Origin: Carcharhinus longimanus
Lineage: Eukaryota
Length of the DNA stretch: 64,000 nucleotides
Reading direction: 5' to 3'
NCBI GenBank assembly: GCA_030264375.1
Contig: JASCQW010000190.1
Coordinates: 87,156,360 to 87,220,359 of the forward strand
In this document: positions 58,846 to 64,000 of the stretch, in pieces
Numbering within the stretch: position 1 is the stretch's first letter
Layout of the letters: every line of letters starts with the position of its first letter
Program-made: the position numbers and the translations under genes
Notes under the pieces: generated by a model
Told to the model about the DNA's origin: nothing
The model's database searches: none
What the model saw: only the letters and a program-made list of their open reading frames with translations

Positions 58846-61285
58846 GCCCTCTTTATAGGTGATCAAAGTAATTAAGCAATGTCCTTTCCCTGTGTATCCT
58901 AACAATATAAACAACACAATTAACAGGTTCTCCTTTCTTTAAAATGTTATAATCACAAAAATAATTTCAAAACATATCACTGGTGACTGCAATGTAATTT
59001 GTTGCCCCCTACTGGCATATAGGTTACTCTAGTGCAAACTTTGGGTAGCAATGCTTTGAGATAAATAGCCTTACCCTACACTTCACTATCACTTTGTTCA
59101 TATTCAGTCAGGCCTTAATCTGCCACAATTTGCTCTTTGTAATTGTCCAACCACGCTAAGTGCATGGTACTTCTTCACATTCTATTACCTGTTCAGATTC
59201 TGGAAATATTATCAGTGCCAATTAACATCAAGGAACATAGACAAACAGTTTGATTTTCATGTTGTCAAATTACTGTCCATCCATCACTGTCTATAATCTC
59301 ATCCAAGCCTTTTTACTCTTTCTCCTGCTTCTCATTTGTGATATAACATGTCCCTTGGATTCAGATGGTCTTATCGCAGAATTGTACAGTGCAGAAAGAG
59401 GCCATTCAGCTGATCCTAACCTTCAAGTCCACTGAAGTCTCTTACTATTCAAAGATTCACTACTGCTCATGATGATGTCCTTCATTAAAAAAAAAACATA
59501 TGTTAAAGTTCTCGAGATCTTCTTCTGTAAGCTTAGTATATTCATCATCCATTGCTCCTGCATCCTTTGCGGGATTTTTAACCAATTACTAGGTGAATGA
59601 GCAAACTGATGTAAAAGCAAATTACTGTGGATGCTGGAATTTGAAGTAAGGATACAATACTGATTTTGTTGTTTTAAAACAATTTGCTATTTCTTCCTTT
59701 AAACTCCAATCCCTGATATCATCAATGGGTCTTTAACATGTTATTAGAAATGTTAGGTCTTGTTAAGGGGATCCATGTTCAATTTGTATAAACTGTAAAT
59801 TTGCAGATTTTTCAAAAATAATTGCCTTATCATGTTACATTTGATCCTTTTTCATAGACAGCAATGGTATTTCACTGGATTCTACACTTGTACTGATTAA
59901 AATGGTTTATCCTGGCTATTTTACAGAGTCATCACTGTCTTTAGTAAACTGAATGTTTTATCCTCTCCAAACCTGAAGCAAATAGAACTTTTATATTCCT
60001 TAACCTCATTTCAGTCTTCACTATTTACAGAATCCAGGTAACACTTCAAACAATCCACTACACATAAACCCACTGTTTAACACCAAACAATTGAATAAGT
60101 CTGCAACTACAAGTGGACTAAAGTTTCACAATTCAATTCCTTCTGCCTTGACTAATATTGTCACCTCCCCTTCCTTATCATGTGCCATTTCAAAAGCCCT
60201 CATTCCATTTCAGACAATTTGTGTATTGATAAAATGAGTCACATCTAAAACACCAGTTAATCATTCCTCAGTTATGCCTGAGGGTTTTTCCTTCTGCTAT
60301 ATTAACCCAATTCATGACTCTGTTGAAGTTACCAAAAAGATCTTCATTCTCATTTCTTTTGTTTGTGGTTCTCCTTTTGTATTGATACCTGTGCCCCATA
60401 TCTAAACAGTCACAAAACATTGCAAGCATCAATTCCTTATAGCTTGAATTAATGTTGACGGTTCTACTGGTGGCATGAAAGTGGTGAGAAGAGAATTTTC
60501 CCCCCAGTTTTATTTCAAAGTTTCAGACATCTGTCCCAACATATATCACTTTCTGAGACTTTAACTCCAGCCAAGACGAGGGGTATATCCTTGTTTGAAA
60601 CCTTGGCACAATCCAACAGTTTCAAAGCTGGAACTTAATTGCGGATTTCTAAATAAGATTACAAAAATTCTATATGTTTCTGTTAAATTCCAGAATGCAT
60701 TCTTCTATGGAGTAACCATGTATGCTTCTAAAATAATCAACAGCTGACTACACTTCAAGTTAACAGAATATTTTTCTTATAAATGTTGTCCCTTAAATGA
60801 GTACAGTTTATCCAAATCTTGCTGTGTCCAGCTGATGAGCATCTAGCTCTAAAACACTTTACACCTAATACTGCTTTTTACAGGAAGCAAAATTGCCAAG
60901 TCAATACATTGCTTTCTCCTTTGGTAAGAATATAACTAGTGCCTATACATCTATTTTATTCCTCCACCAGCTGTAAGGTATAGCTTCACAGAACAACAAT
61001 GGAAAATCATTGGTTTCAGCCAATTATCTTCAATAGCAACTTTTTGTCTGAAAATACATCTTTCTTTCCAACCTTGATTCTTAGGCCAACCATTCTCTGC
61101 TACCAACATAAATAGAACACACCAGTTGGTGAAGTCAAAAATCAAGACACATTTTACAATGCATTTGTTCAACATACATCTCCTCACCCATACCCAGCTA
61201 TTCCCTATTTATATGTGATCAAAGTACTTAATTGAATAATGCCCTTTGCCTATGAATCTTAACAATATAAACAATATTATTAACA
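58846..61285 (-). mobile_element. Internally deleted Ty1/Copia (GalEa-like) LTR retrotransposon
   Basis: Matching LTR segments 58850-58925 and 61205-61285; PPT at 58928-58940; PBS at 61088-61105; gag FKLLDCAKVS; zinc-knuckle relic CFRCDS; protease relic FNCLVLNSG..KCYLDS..FRFG..SEIPLL. Confidence 0.8.
61088..61105 (-). promoter_or_regulatory. tRNA-iMet primer-binding site
   Basis: TGGTAGCAGAGAATGGTT, 17/18 match to the complement of the initiator tRNA-Met 3' end (TGGTAGCAGAGGATGGTT). Confidence 0.85.
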
Positions 61286-61880
61286 TACAATTAACACTAT
61301 AACCATTTCTTTCTTGCACTGTTGAGGCCTTCCATGCTTGTTGGGTACCGCAAGGACTGGAGTGTATAATTGACCCCTTTAACCACATTTTGGTTTCATG
61401 TTTTAAGTTTCCTTTCTGATTTGTTTTCACTTTTGGGCCCTTCTTTTTGGGGGCTGCCCTTTCTAATTTAATTAAATTTAATTTTAATTTGTTCCTTCAT
61501 TAATTTGATTTAGTTTATTCAAAAGGATTGACCATTTCTTTCTGGTGTTTCATATACTCCCACAATGTCAGCCTGCAAGGTTTTGCTTTCCCCTAAACCT
61601 CCACTATGTGAAATCAAAACTGACAGGACCATCACCTGGTTTAGCTCATTGGGGGTTTAATTGAATAGTCCATGGAAATGGGGTATTGGTATCAAAATGT
61701 GCAATTAACCTGCATTCATTCAATTTGTTTTGTGTGGCCTTCTTACTTGAATAATACTGTGTAGAACCACTGCTAATTATATTGTTCATTGGCAGCACAC
61801 ATCAGCAGGAGGCCCAGAGTTGTAACTTCCTGGAACAACTTAAAGCTAGTCTGCAATGCTTCAAGCAATTCTTAACCTTT

Positions 61881-62005
61881 TGATGGTTTCATGGTCAATT
61901 TACACTTTTAATTCCAGATTTTTAATGAATTCAAATTTCACCATCTGCCATGGTAGGATTTGAATTTGGGTCTCTAGAACATTGTCCTGGGTCTCTGGAT
62001 TACTA
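61881..62005 (-). mobile_element. Second-family SINE head fragment
   Basis: GAATTCAAATTTCACCATCTGCCATGGTAGGATTTGAA. Confidence 0.75.
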
Positions 62006-62289
62006 ATTCTGGAGGCTTTTACAACTTAAACAACCATACAAAGTAGTAAGCACTTGTAGAATCATAGCAACAGAAGAACATCAAAATGACACCTTTTACA
62101 TCAAATGACTGAATGTCAAGGTCTGCCTATTCTGTATACTTGCAGTCGACATTTACTGCACACAAGTTAATGCCGTTATCAATATGGTGTTCAGCATGCT
62201 TCTCACTTGTGAATGCAGATGTCATGGATGCCATTTCAGAGCTTCAAGATCATGCCAGGTGCCTGAAAATGGGTGCTAGCAAGCCCAAA

Positions 62290-62571
62290 AGCACAGTTCC
62301 TTGCAGTGCCAGGGACCCAGGTTCAACCCCCAGCTTGGGTCACTATCTGTGCAGAATTTGCAAGTTCTCTCCATGTTTGTGTGGGTTTTCTTCAGGTGCT
62401 CCCATTTCCTCTGACAGTTTGAAAGGCGTGCTGGTTAGGTAGATTGGCCATGCTAAATTCTCCCTCAGTGTACCCAAACAGACACTGGAGTGTGGCGACT
62501 GGGGTATTTTCATAGTAACTTCAATGCAGTGTTAATGTAAGTCTACTTGTGACACTAATAAATAAACTTAA
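62290..62571 (+). mobile_element. V-SINE with the alternative tail
   Basis: Tail ...CTACTTGTGACACTAATAAATAAACTTA as at 7307-7610. Confidence 0.85.
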
Positions 62572-62706
62572 AAAGAATTTCATACCAATCAGTTTCCATG
62601 ATTGCAAACTAACAAGATTCTTTATATCCATCAGTTTTTCCTTTCATCTAAAATCTACATACTTCTAATATGCACACATAATATTATCTTATCACTGCTT
62701 ACCAAA

Positions 62707-63003
62707 GGGTAGAACAATGGCAAAGTGGTTAGCACTGCTGCCTCACAGTGCCAGGGACACAGGTTCAATTCCAGCTTGGCTCACTGTCTGTATGGAGTTT
62801 ACATATTCTCTCATGTTTGTGTGGGTTTCCTCCCACAATCCAAAGATGTGTGGGTTAGGTGGATTGGCCATGCTAAGTTACCCCTTAGTGTCAGGGGGAC
62901 AGGTTAGGGTAAATGCATGGGGTTATGGGGATAGCGCTTGGATGGGATTGTGGTCAGTGCAAATTTGATGAGCTGCATGGCCTCCTTCTGTATTATGGGA
63001 TTG
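62707..63003 (+). mobile_element. V-SINE, CR1-type tail
   Basis: GTGGTTAGCACTGCTGCCTCACAGTGCCAGGGAC head; TGGCCTCCTTCTGTATT tail. Confidence 0.88.
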
Positions 63004-64000
63004 TTTGATATCCTTGTTCTACTCACACACTTCTTTCAACCTTGATCGGATTCTTCATTACAGATCTGGTGCTTCATCCAGATTTCTCTAAAGCCTCAAA
63101 TTGGTGAACTATTTTGGCACACCTACATATTTAGTAGGATGTGTGAAAGTATTTTGGTGACCTGAAGTCTGATTTAATCTCCCACCTCATGAGGACATAT
63201 TTAGCCTCCCTTCAAACACATCCCTTTGCCTACATGTGATTGAGAACCTGCTGCACATGGAATTGTGGAAATGAACTTTGGATTTGATTTTAAATGTATT
63301 TTAATGACTTGTCCATATTANNNNNNNNNNNNNNNNNNNNNNNNNNNNNNNNNNNNNNNNNNNNNNNNNNNNNNNNNNNNNNNNNNNNNNNNNNNNNNNN
63401 NNNNNNNNNNNNNNNNACTTGAATATAATGGCATTGTGATGAACTGGGTTTTTTTTCTGCACCACAGTTTCCCAATATTTCGGTCATGAAGACAGCCCTC
63501 TTTTAATTTTTAGCTCACATTGAACAGTTGCTGGAACTTTAACCCCCAAGTAAATGAATAATAAAGAATGGCTTTCAATTGAGTCAGGGTAGTGTTGTGA
63601 AATAACATGATGGCTCAGATAGAGCAGCAAAAGAAACAGTAAGAGATCAGTGACACACTGAGAATCAGAGCTGTCAATATTGAACAGATGCTAGCTGTGT
63701 GATTTTTTTTGGCATGAGCCATAGCCTTGAAGGGTTGGCTGATGCCAAAAGCAAACATGTCTAAAAGCGGCATGCTGCATCTCTCACAATGGCTGCAGGA
63801 GGCATTCCAATGACATTAATATATCCACTTCTCCTGTTTCCTTTGACACTTTATACTTTGTCTTTCTTCTTTATTTTTCTATTGCACTTTCTTCTCAACC
63901 CACTAACTTTGGGATTTGGAAGTGTTTTTTTAAATCTTCCTGGAAAGGAAGAAAGCAAGGGCTAATGATGGAGGTTAGCTGTCCCAGCATTCAAAGCAGA

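Overview
This is repeat-dense, apparently non-genic vertebrate genomic DNA from a gapped draft assembly. The repeat repertoire points to a cartilaginous fish (shark): HE1/V-SINE-type SINEs, a DeuSINE-type SINE, CR1, L2 and Tx1 LINE fragments, Penelope termini, PIF/Harbinger transposase relics and GC-rich MITEs. No intact host gene was recognised; most listed ORFs are spurious or span N gaps. The main result is two diverged, oppositely oriented copies of one non-autonomous Gypsy-type LTR element (A ~10571-15530 minus; B ~48977-53665 plus). Together they reconstruct LTR - PBS - gag stub - cargo - integrase C-terminal tail - PPT - LTR. The cargo contains an intron-less coding segment resembling the coiled coil of the meiotic synaptonemal-complex protein SYCP1. 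Also present: an LTR-to-LTR block whose outer ends share an ACTT duplication (composite insertion or misassembly), a deleted GalEa-like Copia element with a tRNA-iMet PBS, an env/fusion-like relic, a Tx1 LINE beside a tRNA-Leu relic, and Penelope hammerhead-like motifs. All family assignments come from motif recognition and recalled consensus sequences, not database searches; boundaries of decayed elements are approximate.
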